61,645 nucleotides of DNA from Candidatus Poseidoniaceae archaeon. GTDB lineage: Archaea > Thermoplasmatota > Poseidoniia > Poseidoniales > Poseidoniaceae. The notes beneath the pieces were generated by a model. That model saw only the letters and a program-made list of their open reading frames with translations. It did no database searches and was not told where the DNA came from. The position numbers and the translations under genes are program-made. Where the stretch lies: NCBI GenBank assembly GCA_965662895.1, contig CBFIJH010000013.1, forward strand, positions 1-61,645, written 5' to 3'. Positions 18,335-28,825 of the stretch are shown here, one piece after another. The number at the start of each line of letters is the position of its first letter. The stretch's first letter is position 1.

Positions 18335-18439
18335 GTTACCAATCAAGGCTTGCAACCTTCCAGTGATTAAGAACCTTCACTTCAGTCGCTCTGAGCATCC
18401 GTTGGGAAGACTCAAGAACAGCATGTCCAAGGTAGGCAT

Positions 18440-21400
18440 ATGTCGACCGTTCCTACAAGAACGGGTGTTTTCCTAGCACTCGTTATGCTTCTCGGAACGA
18501 TTCAACCGTTGCATCTTCTTTCGGACGAGGTTGGACCCACGCAAGACCGTGTCGATGGCGAGGACAGTTCGTTCGTCGACCAAGGTTTCGTCTTGGAACA
18601 AGTGAGCAGAAATTCGGTCAATGCCAAGCTTGAACTTCAGCGACCCGAAGTATCTTGGAACCCAACAAGTGGAATGGGTCTAGAAATTTCTCGCACGCAT
18701 GGGTGCATGGTCAAAGATTCCAGCAACGAACTTGTTTACTTCTTTGCTGGACGAACCGACCCCGACCGTACGCAAAGTAATGACGAAGAGCCTTCGGACA
18801 TCGTTGAAACCTTTGACACGTCGACAATGATGTGGTCATCCTCAACCCTCGTAATGCCGAAGACACAACAGTATCACGAATGTGTTCGAATCGGTGATAA
18901 AGTGTACGCAATCGGCGACTGGTACCCCGGTACATCACCAGGAACAGCATCCACCGGGCGAATGCAGATTCTCAATCTTACGACCAACGTCTGGGATTCG
19001 ACACCTCCAACGATGCCGTTTTCAAAGGAGGTCGGGAATTTTGGAATGGCCGCGATTGGTGAGAACATCTACATCGCAGGTGGTGTACAAAATGCATCCG
19101 CAAACGATGCCACGGATCGGTTGCTACGGTACAACACATCGACGGGAATCTGGACAGAACTGGCCAGTATGTCTGAAGAGCGATACGCTTTTCCTCTGGT
19201 CGCTTATGATGGTTTGTTGTATGCGTTTGGTGGGATTCAAGGCCCGTATACATGGAGCTCGAAACCCGTACTCAATACATCCGAAGTGTACAATCCTTCG
19301 ACGAATGCGTGGACAAAACTCACGAACATGTCGTTCCATCGATTTGGAATGGCGGCAACCGTTCACAACAACGAGATTGTATTGATTGGAGGTCATAGCA
19401 AGACATCCTCGGTAAAGGACACTTGGGGATTTGCACCGAACGAAAATCGATGGAGAAAGACGGGCGATTTACCAACGGCAATGTTTGATGTTGCTGCTGA
19501 AAGTGTCAATGGAACGATCATCATCGCAGGCGGGGACGAGTCAGCTCAACCGTACAGAACAACCTGGAGCGTTCGATATTCCGATTCGACGAACGTAGCA
19601 CAACGATTCCAGAGCCATACAGGTTGGATAAATTCGCCAATCATGAATCTAGCAACAACCGAGCATGGAAGCGCCTCCTTGATGTGGATGGAACTCGATG
19701 GGGTCGCCTTGCCATCGACTTCGATTGGATTCCAGTACCGTGTCTCTGATACAAATCTTGGTTTGGAAGTGGAAAATTGGTTACCCATCGACACTGCAAA
19801 CCCCACGAACCTCGCATTGCTTGGCATCGGCAATCACTCACTCGCAGCACTTGCACCTAGCGGGAATCAACTGATGCAGTACAGAATCCAGATGCAGACC
19901 GACAATGTCGAGGATTGGGTGGTCCCGACTTTGTCTTCCATCCGATGGTCTGCCGAAGAAGCCTCATTTTCTCCTAATAACCCCACGAAAATTCAATCCA
20001 ATGCCCCTCCGATTGTCTTTACCACCTACCATGGCGCAAGTGAGGAACAACTTCCTCAAGGTGCAACCTTCCAATTTTCGATTGCAAAAGCCACAGCTGA
20101 CGGGCGAATCCAACCGGGAACGGACTGGACGACAATTGGAATGAACTCATCAGGAAGCGCAACGGTTGTCAATGATCCGGAAAACCTCCTCGCCGGTTCA
20201 TCCGCCACCATGGGGCCGAAGATGAATGGAACCCGCTCCATCAACTGGGCACTCTCATTCAATGAGATAGATACGAGCCAAGTCCTTGTTCGAACATCGA
20301 CGTTTGGCGTGGCCAATTCAACCTATGTCCACCCGAATCCAGTCGAAATCGATCAGAGCATTCGGATTTATCTCGATGAGTTGCGTTCAGACTTTTCGAT
20401 AGACGAAGATCCAATCGTTTCAACAAATGAACTTCTTGCAGGAGGGTCGACTGTTTCCATTCTGATTGACCATGCCTATGCGAGCACAGGACTGCGGCCA
20501 TTAACCAATGACATCAAAGTACGAGCGAATTTTGAAACAAAACTTGCGTCGTTTGGGAACCAGGAAACACAAACATGGTACAATGTTTCAACGCCGTTCA
20601 CGGATTTGAATGCGAATCAGCCAACAGAGATCACCTACACGCTTCCAGCGAATGTCTCAGGTGAAACAACACTTCGACTGGAGGCAGAGACAACGGGAAC
20701 GTATGACATTGAACTCACGCAAGAGGATGCCACTACCATCTTTATGATCGACTCCTTTTCACCAATCATCACTTCAACCTCTCCCCATCAAAACGAACAT
20801 CTCAATCTTGCTGAAAACCGAACAGTTCTTATCGAATTGTACGATGTTGCTGGATTTTCTGAAGAGGACATTGAAACCTATGTTTGGCTCGAAGGCAACC
20901 ATGACGCCAATCAAAATGGCAATGCGGATTTGAACGAGCGTGTTCTCCTCGAACATATTCTGAGCAAGAATGGAGGTACGTGGCAAATTGAATTCTACGT
21001 GAACGAAACTGGAAATCTTGAAGGAGATTTGGTTCGTGTTTTCCTCGAGGGCAACGATCTTGATGGTAAATCAATTCCACTGAATGACGAACATCAAAGC
21101 CATCTCCAATGGGCAACTCGAATTCCGACGATATCGACCATCGTATCGGTCGACGATCGCTATGGCACCGAAAATGGTCTTCTCCAGCGAATCGAACCAA
21201 CGAAACGAAGCGGTTGGAACGTCGTGGTCGAGGATGCAAATGGAATTGATGACATCACCAGCGTTCGCCTTCTGCTTGGAGGCGACAATGGCCTTGGAAT
21301 ACTCTACAATCCAATTGAAGGATGTTCGTCCCTCGATGGCCGACTCATCGTTACAACGGACTGCCAAGGTGTCATGATGGATGATCAACTTCACATCAGT

Positions 21401-23059
21401 TTCGATTTCGAGGTCACATGGCAAATGCAATCAGCAGGCATCGACTTGGGTACGCTACAAATTCGTGCTTACGATCAAGACGGTTTTTCCTCTTTCGATG
21501 ACGATGCTGCGTGGACCTTCGATCGTGTCCTAACCGTCGCCATCAATTCAATGGAGGATGTGTCAGGTGACGTCCAGATCATGACTGCAGGACCACTGAC
21601 CACGAATGCTGTTCTAAAGACCAATGATGAAGTCGAGGTAACAGGAACCATCGACCACGCAACGAGCGGTCAACCGTATTCAGGTACGGTGGCATTAAGA
21701 TGGAATGGACAATTCCAGGCCAACAATTGGCTTGGTGGAAAAACCGTCACCGTCGAAAACGGTGTGTTCACCACCTCGTTCAATGTACCTGAAACAAGTG
21801 GAAAGATCTTTGATGCTCAGTTGGAGATTTGGGATCCCAACGAGAAAGAAATATTCCATACCATCGAGTTTCCTGATCTAATTGTCGATGGTGATGCACC
21901 TGTTCTTCTTTCAAGGGAATTTGACAAAGTTTCTCGATTCGATTTGGACAAGGTCGACATCGGTGCGAATGTGGAAGAGCCTCAATCGTGGACCAAGGAG
22001 CTCGCTATGACGTGCCAAGTGCGTTCAACGACGCTCAACTGGGAACCGATTACATTGGCGAGACAACCAATCGATGTCTTTGATGGGCGCACCTTGTTCA
22101 CGTTTAGATTCAACTTCTCGCAATCTGGCCAACCCTCGTTGCTCGGCGCTCAGGCCACGCTCAACTGCTGGGCCTCAGGAACGGATGATTCCGGATGGGA
22201 GGTTCGCTCGGAAGGAACAAATTCCCAAGAATCTCCTTGGGTATCGATTCCTCTTACCTCCGAAGGACCTGATCTCCAAATTGTGAAGATTGTTTTCGAT
22301 GATTCTCTCCAAACTGAATCGGAAGTGAAGGCATCGGTTCAGATTTTCAATGCTGGAAATCGTGTTGAACAATCGTTCAATGTCAGCGTATATCTCATCA
22401 AGGGAGATTCCAGCGAATTGATTGCTAGAAAGACGTTTGCAGGTCTGGACAGTTCCGAATCCGCTACGATGCGAATGACGGTTGATGTTCCTGAAGGCTC
22501 TTGGAGCCTTCAAGCGATGATTGATTCGGGGGAATCTGTAGCAGAACTTGATGAAACCAACAACCAATGGAACATGACCTACGACTCGGAGAGCCAAGGA
22601 TTTTCTTCGACCATTCTCGCAGTATCTGGGACCTCGTTGATTGCTGTTGTCGCTCTAGCAATGATTCTACTTCGTCGAAATCAGCGAACAACCAATATGG
22701 ATAAAAACGAGGACAGCATCGAAATGGTCCAAAACAAGGACGTTCCGATTCCTGCAAAACGATCCGGTCCAAGTAACGTTGTGACGACGAATGCGCCATC
22801 AAGGAAACGTGGCCCGCCTCCGGCACAACCCAAGTCAACAACGACGGTCACCGAACAAACGCCTGCAGAAGCTGCTGCGGCAAATTTTGCGGCATTGGAT
22901 GCGAAGATTCCTGAGAAAACGGTTGAAAGGGTTGCATCCTGGGAGGCTTTGCCTGCTGGAGGCGATTATGAGTACACGTCTGATGCGACCTACTACGTTG
23001 GTGCAACCTGTGGCCGGTGGAAACTCTTGGATGATGGTCAATTCGAAAAAATTGAATGA
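18440..23059 (+). CDS. giant surface protein: signal peptide, Kelch beta-propeller, Ig-like stalk, CARDB, TM, cytoplasmic tail
   Basis: Kelch GG..Y/W repeats (IYIAGG, LYAFGG, VLIGG, IIAGG); GPDLQI...VAELDETNN; TM followed by RR. Confidence 0.85.
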   Translation: MSTVPTRTGVFLALVMLLGTIQPLHLLSDEVGPTQDRVDGEDSSFVDQGFVLEQVSRNSVNAKLELQRPEVSWNPTSGMGLEISRTHGCMVKDSSNELVYFFAGRTDPDRTQSNDEEPSDIVETFDTSTMMWSSSTLVMPKTQQYHECVRIGDKVYAIGDWYPGTSPGTASTGRMQILNLTTNVWDSTPPTMPFSKEVGNFGMAAIGENIYIAGGVQNASANDATDRLLRYNTSTGIWTELASMSEERYAFPLVAYDGLLYAFGGIQGPYTWSSKPVLNTSEVYNPSTNAWTKLTNMSFHRFGMAATVHNNEIVLIGGHSKTSSVKDTWGFAPNENRWRKTGDLPTAMFDVAAESVNGTIIIAGGDESAQPYRTTWSVRYSDSTNVAQRFQSHTGWINSPIMNLATTEHGSASLMWMELDGVALPSTSIGFQYRVSDTNLGLEVENWLPIDTANPTNLALLGIGNHSLAALAPSGNQLMQYRIQMQTDNVEDWVVPTLSSIRWSAEEASFSPNNPTKIQSNAPPIVFTTYHGASEEQLPQGATFQFSIAKATADGRIQPGTDWTTIGMNSSGSATVVNDPENLLAGSSATMGPKMNGTRSINWALSFNEIDTSQVLVRTSTFGVANSTYVHPNPVEIDQSIRIYLDELRSDFSIDEDPIVSTNELLAGGSTVSILIDHAYASTGLRPLTNDIKVRANFETKLASFGNQETQTWYNVSTPFTDLNANQPTEITYTLPANVSGETTLRLEAETTGTYDIELTQEDATTIFMIDSFSPIITSTSPHQNEHLNLAENRTVLIELYDVAGFSEEDIETYVWLEGNHDANQNGNADLNERVLLEHILSKNGGTWQIEFYVNETGNLEGDLVRVFLEGNDLDGKSIPLNDEHQSHLQWATRIPTISTIVSVDDRYGTENGLLQRIEPTKRSGWNVVVEDANGIDDITSVRLLLGGDNGLGILYNPIEGCSSLDGRLIVTTDCQGVMMDDQLHISFDFEVTWQMQSAGIDLGTLQIRAYDQDGFSSFDDDAAWTFDRVLTVAINSMEDVSGDVQIMTAGPLTTNAVLKTNDEVEVTGTIDHATSGQPYSGTVALRWNGQFQANNWLGGKTVTVENGVFTTSFNVPETSGKIFDAQLEIWDPNEKEIFHTIEFPDLIVDGDAPVLLSREFDKVSRFDLDKVDIGANVEEPQSWTKELAMTCQVRSTTLNWEPITLARQPIDVFDGRTLFTFRFNFSQSGQPSLLGAQATLNCWASGTDDSGWEVRSEGTNSQESPWVSIPLTSEGPDLQIVKIVFDDSLQTESEVKASVQIFNAGNRVEQSFNVSVYLIKGDSSELIARKTFAGLDSSESATMRMTVDVPEGSWSLQAMIDSGESVAELDETNNQWNMTYDSESQGFSSTILAVSGTSLIAVVALAMILLRRNQRTTNMDKNEDSIEMVQNKDVPIPAKRSGPSNVVTTNAPSRKRGPPPAQPKSTTTVTEQTPAEAAAANFAALDAKIPEKTVERVASWEALPAGGDYEYTSDATYYVGATCGRWKLLDDGQFEKIE

Positions 23060-23643
23060 GGGATAAGACAATGCCAGAAGATGATGCTGAAGATGTTCGC
23101 AGAGTCCTCGCTATCTGCTTTCGAGGTGAAACAGAACTTGACGCCCTTGACATCGAGCGTATTTTGTCACTTGACATGGGTTGGCTGAAGCCGGAGGAAG
23201 CAACGACTGCAGTTCAAGCACTCGTCAAGTCTGGATGGCTAACCGGCGCACAGGAGAGTCTCTCACCTGTGGCTGATTTTTCTTCTTCATCAACGCCGCT
23301 TGGCTGGTACCCTCGACCTCAACGATTGCTCCATCCGATTGGATTTCAACAATCATCAACTGAGAATGTTGAACAGTCTTCGCAATCAAAGCCGCAACCT
23401 GAAACCAAAAAGAAGCCGATTGTTGCTCAAATCAAAGAAGAAAACGATGATCCGAGGGCTGGAACATCGAGACGACTTCTCAAGTACATCGCCCGAACAT
23501 CAGGGCTTGAAACTGAAGAAGTACAACGAAGAGCTGCACGTAAACAACGTGCACTTGTGCATGTTACCGGCTGGATGGCTCTGGCATTGGTTGCGAGAGA
23601 CCAGGGTTTGAACATGGAAAGTGTAATTGAAGCCCTAAGTTAA
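23056..23643 (+). CDS. DUF2240-family protein
   Basis: RRVLAICF...ILSLDMGWLKPEEA and C-terminal ALALVARDQGLN. Confidence 0.7.
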   Translation: MRDKTMPEDDAEDVRRVLAICFRGETELDALDIERILSLDMGWLKPEEATTAVQALVKSGWLTGAQESLSPVADFSSSSTPLGWYPRPQRLLHPIGFQQSSTENVEQSSQSKPQPETKKKPIVAQIKEENDDPRAGTSRRLLKYIARTSGLETEEVQRRAARKQRALVHVTGWMALALVARDQGLNMESVIEALS

Positions 23644-26210
23644 GACCCATTCTCCGCTGCTTCTTGTGCCCTTGCAGCCAATTCAAGAAGAACTGGAAGC
23701 AGTACAAGAGCGAGGACCAATGAAAAGAACACCGTGACCGCAGTAATCAGGCCGAAATCCTGTATCACCGGCATCGGTGATAGCATGAGAACAAGGAAAC
23801 CAGCGGCTGTCGTTGCTGCGGAAAGCATCAATGCTACACCCGTTGTTTCAAGCGATGTGCGAAGGGCGTTCCAATGGTCTTCTTGACGTTGCAATTCCCA
23901 CTCGATTCGTCGCCACATATGTATTGTGTAGTCGATACCTATTCCAAGCGTAAGAGCGGTAACCAGTACGGTCAAAACATTCCATTTGATACCTAGTACT
24001 GCCATTGAGCCAACCACCCAGAGCGATGCCATACCAACCGGTAGGAGAACGATGAATGCTGGCAGTATACGTCGCGTTAACAGGAGGAGGACTGCAAACG
24101 AAACGATTAGAGAGATGGCCGTTGATTTGAGTTGTGATGAGGACAAGCCATCGAGAACTTGTTGCAAGACAACAAGATCGCCGGTCACGTGAATAACTGC
24201 ATAATCTTTGAGAGAAGCACGCAATGTTCCATCATCCTCACTTTGCCCAATCATCGATTCAAACTCTTCAACAACTCGCTTGGATTCAGTTGATGTCGTC
24301 GCTTCAACACGGACTTCTGTTCGAAGATGCGCTATGTTGGTACCGTCAAGATGAACGGTTGCATTGACACGATCGCTCCATGTCTTTCCAGAAAGTGGAT
24401 CGGCAACGGTGTAATTGTTCTGAAGTTCTGCAAAGACAAGGCCCAAATCAATGGTAAATGATGGATTGTCCCAAACATCGTTCTTATCCACTTCAAGACC
24501 ATGAACGTCACCAAAGGTTGAATTTCGCATAATCGCATCGCGCAAGACCACGTAAGGACCTTCATACGATGGTGATGGGAAACGCTCATCCGTTCCAACA
24601 ACATCGTGATTGTTTCTCAAATCTGAATGAAGATCCCGTAAGTTATCGAGCAGGGTAACATCATCTGGAATCACACCACCGCCGACTGGCTCCATGAGAA
24701 CGTAAACGTATTTCCACCCAGCACTGTCGTAATTTGAGTTGATGTCGTCACGAACCGACATGATTTCCATGTCTTCGTTCACAAAATCAGACAAATCAAA
24801 GTCGGTTTCAAGTTGCATTGCACCGATAACCGACGCACTCGAAATCGCAATCGCTACCAAAAGAACTGCAACCTGTTGCTTTCGATGAAGTTGGAGCAAT
24901 GGCTGAGTGAGGTTTGTCAACTTCAATGGTTTTCGTTCGGTTGGTTTCGCCCCACTGTTGAACGTGACGTGAAGAGCACCGATGAGGAGCGTCGATGTCA
25001 GGAAAGCACAAATCACACCAAAAGCTAGTGCGATACCAAACGTGGAAAGTGGGGGCAGGGGTGAGACAATATTGGCAAGGAATGCAGCAACGGTCGTTAC
25101 AACTGCAAGAGAGAGTGGTATGCTCAGTTTACCACATGCCCTCATCCAAGCTTCTGCAACATCGTCCGTATTGTTGCGGTGATAAGCAAACGATCGTTGC
25201 AAATGGATGGCATAGTCGATGCCCAACCCAAGCACGAGTGGAGCAACAGCGACTTCGAGAGCAGTAAATCGTATACCTGCTAGATTCAAGAACCCATAGG
25301 TGAAAATCAGGGCGACGTTGAGACTGACAACAGGAAACAGCACACCTTTGACATTACGGAACGCTACAAACAACAAGGCGATGACGACAAGAGTTGCAAA
25401 GACGATGAGAAGCGTCAAGTTATCGAACGTTCCTTGATCAATATCGTACGACATCAAATCAAGAGAGGCAACAGCGTAGGTGAGATTTGATGAATCACTG
25501 ACATCATGAAAAGCGAGACGGATTTGGTGCTGGACTTCCCTACGTTCCTCTTCACCTAGTTCGGGGTTAATCTCAAGCACCCAAGCGGTCGAATCTGCAG
25601 CAGGTACTGCATCCCCTTCGCCGTTACTGATGTACGAACATGTTTTCGAGATGTCAAGATTCTTGTTGATCAACGCCGAACCGACAAAATTTACTGTACT
25701 CAACAACGCGTCTTCTGGATTGATGGCACAGGTCGTGTCATCATCAACCACCGCATCGACAAGCGATGGCCAGTCTTGATAATCGGTAAGTGTTGTATCC
25801 GGTGATTGTTCATCAAGAGCAATTTGAATCATGCCCGGTGATGTTGTCCAAGAATTCACGGCCGAAAGTTGAACACGTTCATCGTTTTTCAACACCGAAA
25901 GGTCGGAATCCATTTCGATAAGCGAATCAATGCTCAGAATGTTACCTCCATTATCCCGAGTCACATGAACGAACATTGGACGAGATTCATCGGGGAAAAA
26001 CTCGTGAATTTCTTGATGAGCTTTGTTTGAATCCGATTGAGGTGCAAAGTCATTCAAATCGGTACGAAATTCGGGAGGTGAGATCATCAAATGGGCGCCT
26101 AGGGCAACGGTTAACAAACCAGAAACAATGAGAATTGGAACAGAAATACGCTGAAAAAGTCCAGAATATTCTGCCATTTGGTCCTCATAATTCGAGGTGT
26201 CCATAGCCAA
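23640..26210 (-). CDS. MMPL/RND family transporter
   Basis: Two-fold repeat with GLGIDYAIH and GIGIDYTIH, large external loops. Confidence 0.9.
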   Translation of the reverse strand: MAMDTSNYEDQMAEYSGLFQRISVPILIVSGLLTVALGAHLMISPPEFRTDLNDFAPQSDSNKAHQEIHEFFPDESRPMFVHVTRDNGGNILSIDSLIEMDSDLSVLKNDERVQLSAVNSWTTSPGMIQIALDEQSPDTTLTDYQDWPSLVDAVVDDDTTCAINPEDALLSTVNFVGSALINKNLDISKTCSYISNGEGDAVPAADSTAWVLEINPELGEEERREVQHQIRLAFHDVSDSSNLTYAVASLDLMSYDIDQGTFDNLTLLIVFATLVVIALLFVAFRNVKGVLFPVVSLNVALIFTYGFLNLAGIRFTALEVAVAPLVLGLGIDYAIHLQRSFAYHRNNTDDVAEAWMRACGKLSIPLSLAVVTTVAAFLANIVSPLPPLSTFGIALAFGVICAFLTSTLLIGALHVTFNSGAKPTERKPLKLTNLTQPLLQLHRKQQVAVLLVAIAISSASVIGAMQLETDFDLSDFVNEDMEIMSVRDDINSNYDSAGWKYVYVLMEPVGGGVIPDDVTLLDNLRDLHSDLRNNHDVVGTDERFPSPSYEGPYVVLRDAIMRNSTFGDVHGLEVDKNDVWDNPSFTIDLGLVFAELQNNYTVADPLSGKTWSDRVNATVHLDGTNIAHLRTEVRVEATTSTESKRVVEEFESMIGQSEDDGTLRASLKDYAVIHVTGDLVVLQQVLDGLSSSQLKSTAISLIVSFAVLLLLTRRILPAFIVLLPVGMASLWVVGSMAVLGIKWNVLTVLVTALTLGIGIDYTIHMWRRIEWELQRQEDHWNALRTSLETTGVALMLSAATTAAGFLVLMLSPMPVIQDFGLITAVTVFFSLVLALVLLPVLLELAARAQEAAENGS

Positions 26211-26326
26211 TCCGAAGGGTAGAGGGTGTTTAAGTGACAGGGTAAAATGACCTCATGTGAGGTCGATAGCGCTCTCTTCACAACGGCAAGGTTCAAGACG
26301 GGGAGGTTGGTCGGTGGAACGATAAC

Positions 26327-26584
26327 ATGCCAGTTAAGGTCCTCATTCATGAGAAAAATGAACTCCGACTTCGTATTACTGGAGAGTCCCACACTGCTCT
26401 TCAAATCCTTCGAGATCGCCTCAACAACCACAAGTCCGTTGATTACGCGAACTACTTCCCAGGCCATCCAGATCTCGACCCACCTGAATTCTATATTCGA
26501 ACGACTGGAAAGGCCAAGCCAGATGCAATTCTCAATGAGATTGTCGACAGTTTGTCCAACGATTTTGACAGTCTAGCGCTATGA
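26327..26584 (+). CDS. rpoL: RNA polymerase subunit L (Rpo11)
   Basis: GESHTALQILR, VDYANY..GHP. Confidence 0.9.
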   Translation: MPVKVLIHEKNELRLRITGESHTALQILRDRLNNHKSVDYANYFPGHPDLDPPEFYIRTTGKAKPDAILNEIVDSLSNDFDSLAL

Positions 26585-26585
26585 G

Positions 26586-27995
26586 GTGGCTGCTATGCAG
26601 CCGAACGATTCGCTGGCAGAAGCCATCGGACTCATAGGTTACGCAACCGACGACAACGGTGTTGGAGGCGTTTTGAAGTCAAGGGTCGCTGACTTTCGTG
26701 TCGATGAGATATCTACGTCGATTGCGTTGAATCCAAAAGGCCGTTTCACTGTCGCAAAAATTACCCTCACCAACTGGGAAACGAACCGATTTGTCAACAA
26801 TCTTTCAAAGAAATTGAGTATTTCAAGGAACCGTATTTTCTTTGCAGGAACCAAGGACAAACGTGCAGTTACGACACAAATTTTTGTGATCGATGCTCCT
26901 CAATTCAAAGTTGCTGAAATCGAAATTCCGGATGCATTAATCGAAGTTCTTGGTCGAACGCATCAAAAAATCGGGTTTGGTAATCACCGAGGAAATCGAT
27001 TTACAATTGTCGTTCGAGGTTGTGCCCACAACGATGGGACTCCAATGACAGAAGACGATGCGATGGATGAAGTAGGTCGGATCAAATTGAGTATGGAAGA
27101 GAAACTTGGTGCTGGTCGATTTCCAAACTGGATAGGACCGCAACGATTCGGCAGTGGTCGGGCCGTAACTGCTGAAGTTGGGCGATGCATTGTTCAACAT
27201 GATTGGGAAAATGCTGCTTTAACGTACATCAGCAAGGAAGGTGAATTTGAAAGCCCAGACGTGGCTGCGTTTCGCAAACATATCCGAGAGAATGGTATCT
27301 CGCAAGAAGGGCTTGAACTTGCACCTGATTGGCTTGGATACGAGCGTCGAATGACCGAACATCTGCTCAACAATCCAGAGGATCATATTGGAGCCATTCG
27401 CAAACTTCCGAACAACCTACAACTCATGACCGTCCATGCGCTCCAATCCGTTGTCTTCAATCGTGCTTTGCGCAAGCGCCTCGAGCAGGGAATCAGCATA
27501 ACAACACCTGAAGCCGGAGATTTGGTTGGACGGCTTGACGAGCGTGGTCAACTTTCTGCAAACAATTGTGTCCTTGTTGAAGAACGAACTGCACCAAGGA
27601 TTGGGAGAAATTGTCAACTTGGTCGGTTGTCTGTAACCGGGCCGCTTCCGGGAAGGGACATTCGAACATGCGATGGAACACCAGGAGAACTGGAACAATC
27701 TGTCCTTGAAGAAATGGGATTGAAGGAGATCACATGGGAGATTGAAGACATCCCTCGACTCACAACCAACGGAACACGCCGATCTCTGACATCTTCATTC
27801 GATGAATTCACTGTCGAAGTTGCTCCAAAAGCGTCCAACGATTCGCTCGGAGAGAAATGGAACAACGGCCCTCTCGAAGGAAGTCGATGGCATCCTGATG
27901 GAGCTTGTTTGAAATTCAGGTTTACACTGTCGAGCGGTTCCTATGCAACAATTCTACTCCGAGAATTTATGCGAACGCCGTTGAATCAACTTTGA
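26586..27995 (+). CDS. truD: tRNA pseudouridine(13) synthase TruD
   Basis: DFRVDEI, FAGTKDKRAVTTQ, GNRFTI, GPQRFG, GSYATILLRE. Confidence 0.95.
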   Translation: MAAMQPNDSLAEAIGLIGYATDDNGVGGVLKSRVADFRVDEISTSIALNPKGRFTVAKITLTNWETNRFVNNLSKKLSISRNRIFFAGTKDKRAVTTQIFVIDAPQFKVAEIEIPDALIEVLGRTHQKIGFGNHRGNRFTIVVRGCAHNDGTPMTEDDAMDEVGRIKLSMEEKLGAGRFPNWIGPQRFGSGRAVTAEVGRCIVQHDWENAALTYISKEGEFESPDVAAFRKHIRENGISQEGLELAPDWLGYERRMTEHLLNNPEDHIGAIRKLPNNLQLMTVHALQSVVFNRALRKRLEQGISITTPEAGDLVGRLDERGQLSANNCVLVEERTAPRIGRNCQLGRLSVTGPLPGRDIRTCDGTPGELEQSVLEEMGLKEITWEIEDIPRLTTNGTRRSLTSSFDEFTVEVAPKASNDSLGEKWNNGPLEGSRWHPDGACLKFRFTLSSGSYATILLREFMRTPLNQL

Positions 27996-27996
27996 T

Positions 27997-28269
27997 TCAA
28001 AGCAGACCCATTGAAATAACTTCAATTTCGCCTACACCGGAGATTGAAGCCATCTTTTCTTCGAAAGCATCTGCCAAGCCTTCACCATCGTTCATCACAA
28101 CGTGAACCTGAACAAATTTGAGACCAAACGCAAGAGGCTTGACTTCAACGCTTTGAACGTCGTAGTTGTCGTCTCCAAAGGTTACGATTGTGGATGAAAT
28201 CATATCAGTGTCGACATTTTCCATCTCTGCATCAGGATTTATTTTGTATGTCATTGCTACCATGCCCAT
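27997..28269 (-). CDS. elongation factor 1-beta
   Basis: KINPD, PLAFGLK, ISGVGEIEV; follows the zinc-finger gene as is typical. Confidence 0.93.
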   Translation of the reverse strand: MGMVAMTYKINPDAEMENVDTDMISSTIVTFGDDNYDVQSVEVKPLAFGLKFVQVHVVMNDGEGLADAFEEKMASISGVGEIEVISMGLL

Positions 28270-28278
28270 ATCTTCACC

Positions 28279-28446
28279 TCAGGGCCCAACAAATCCACAT
28301 TCAGAGCAGGTGTAGGAAACGCCTTGATCTCGGCATCGAGGGCTACGGCCGATTGAGTTGCCGCAATTTGGGCAAGGAAAAGCCGTTGAGCCTGTTTCAG
28401 TTAATGGAACGCCGGACGATGTGCAGTTTTTTGCTCGCTCTGTCAT
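28279..28446 (-). CDS. small zinc-finger protein (DUF1610/HVO_2753-like), 55 aa, absent from ORF track
   Basis: MTERAKNCTSSGVPLTETGSTAFPCPNCGNSIGRSPRCRDQGVSYTCSECGFVGP; conserved position upstream of EF-1beta. Confidence 0.9.
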   Translation of the reverse strand: MTERAKNCTSSGVPLTETGSTAFPCPNCGNSIGRSPRCRDQGVSYTCSECGFVGP

Positions 28447-28488
28447 AATGGTGCCTCAGTTGGTATTTGCCCCACGACCTCCCCTTCT

Positions 28489-28791
28489 TTATGCTTGCGT
28501 GCAAATCTTGAGGTGAGAATGGCTGCCAACGGAGAGGTACAATTTCTGGTTGCGATGAAAACAAAACACCTTTTGCAACCTGATTTGCTGACCTCGCAGC
28601 AACTCTGTAGCGTACGAACCCCAGACTTTGACCCGAATCCAACCGCTTTCATCAGCAACGACGATGTTGCGAAATGGAAGCCAACGATCTCGAGCGAACA
28701 CCATCGATACAGGGTAACAGCGAAAAATCACACCAGAAACGAGCGAAACGGTTCGATTGGGCTTGAGGTCATGGATGCTTGTCATCGACAT
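28489..28791 (-). CDS. single OB-fold nucleic-acid-binding protein (SSB/RPA-like)
   Basis: IHDLKP...IVVADESGWIRVKVWG...GQQIRL...KLYLSVG pattern. Confidence 0.65.
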   Translation of the reverse strand: MSMTSIHDLKPNRTVSLVSGVIFRCYPVSMVFARDRWLPFRNIVVADESGWIRVKVWGSYATELLRGQQIRLQKVFCFHRNQKLYLSVGSHSHLKICTQA

Positions 28792-28825
28792 ACACTAAAC
28801 ATGTGCACCAACCGTCTTCAAAGTT

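Noticed and set aside
26249-26264. Palindrome GACCTCA-TG-TGAGGTC between MMPL and rpoL
   Set aside because: Single 7-bp-arm palindrome, no second copy noticed; within chance expectation for 61 kb
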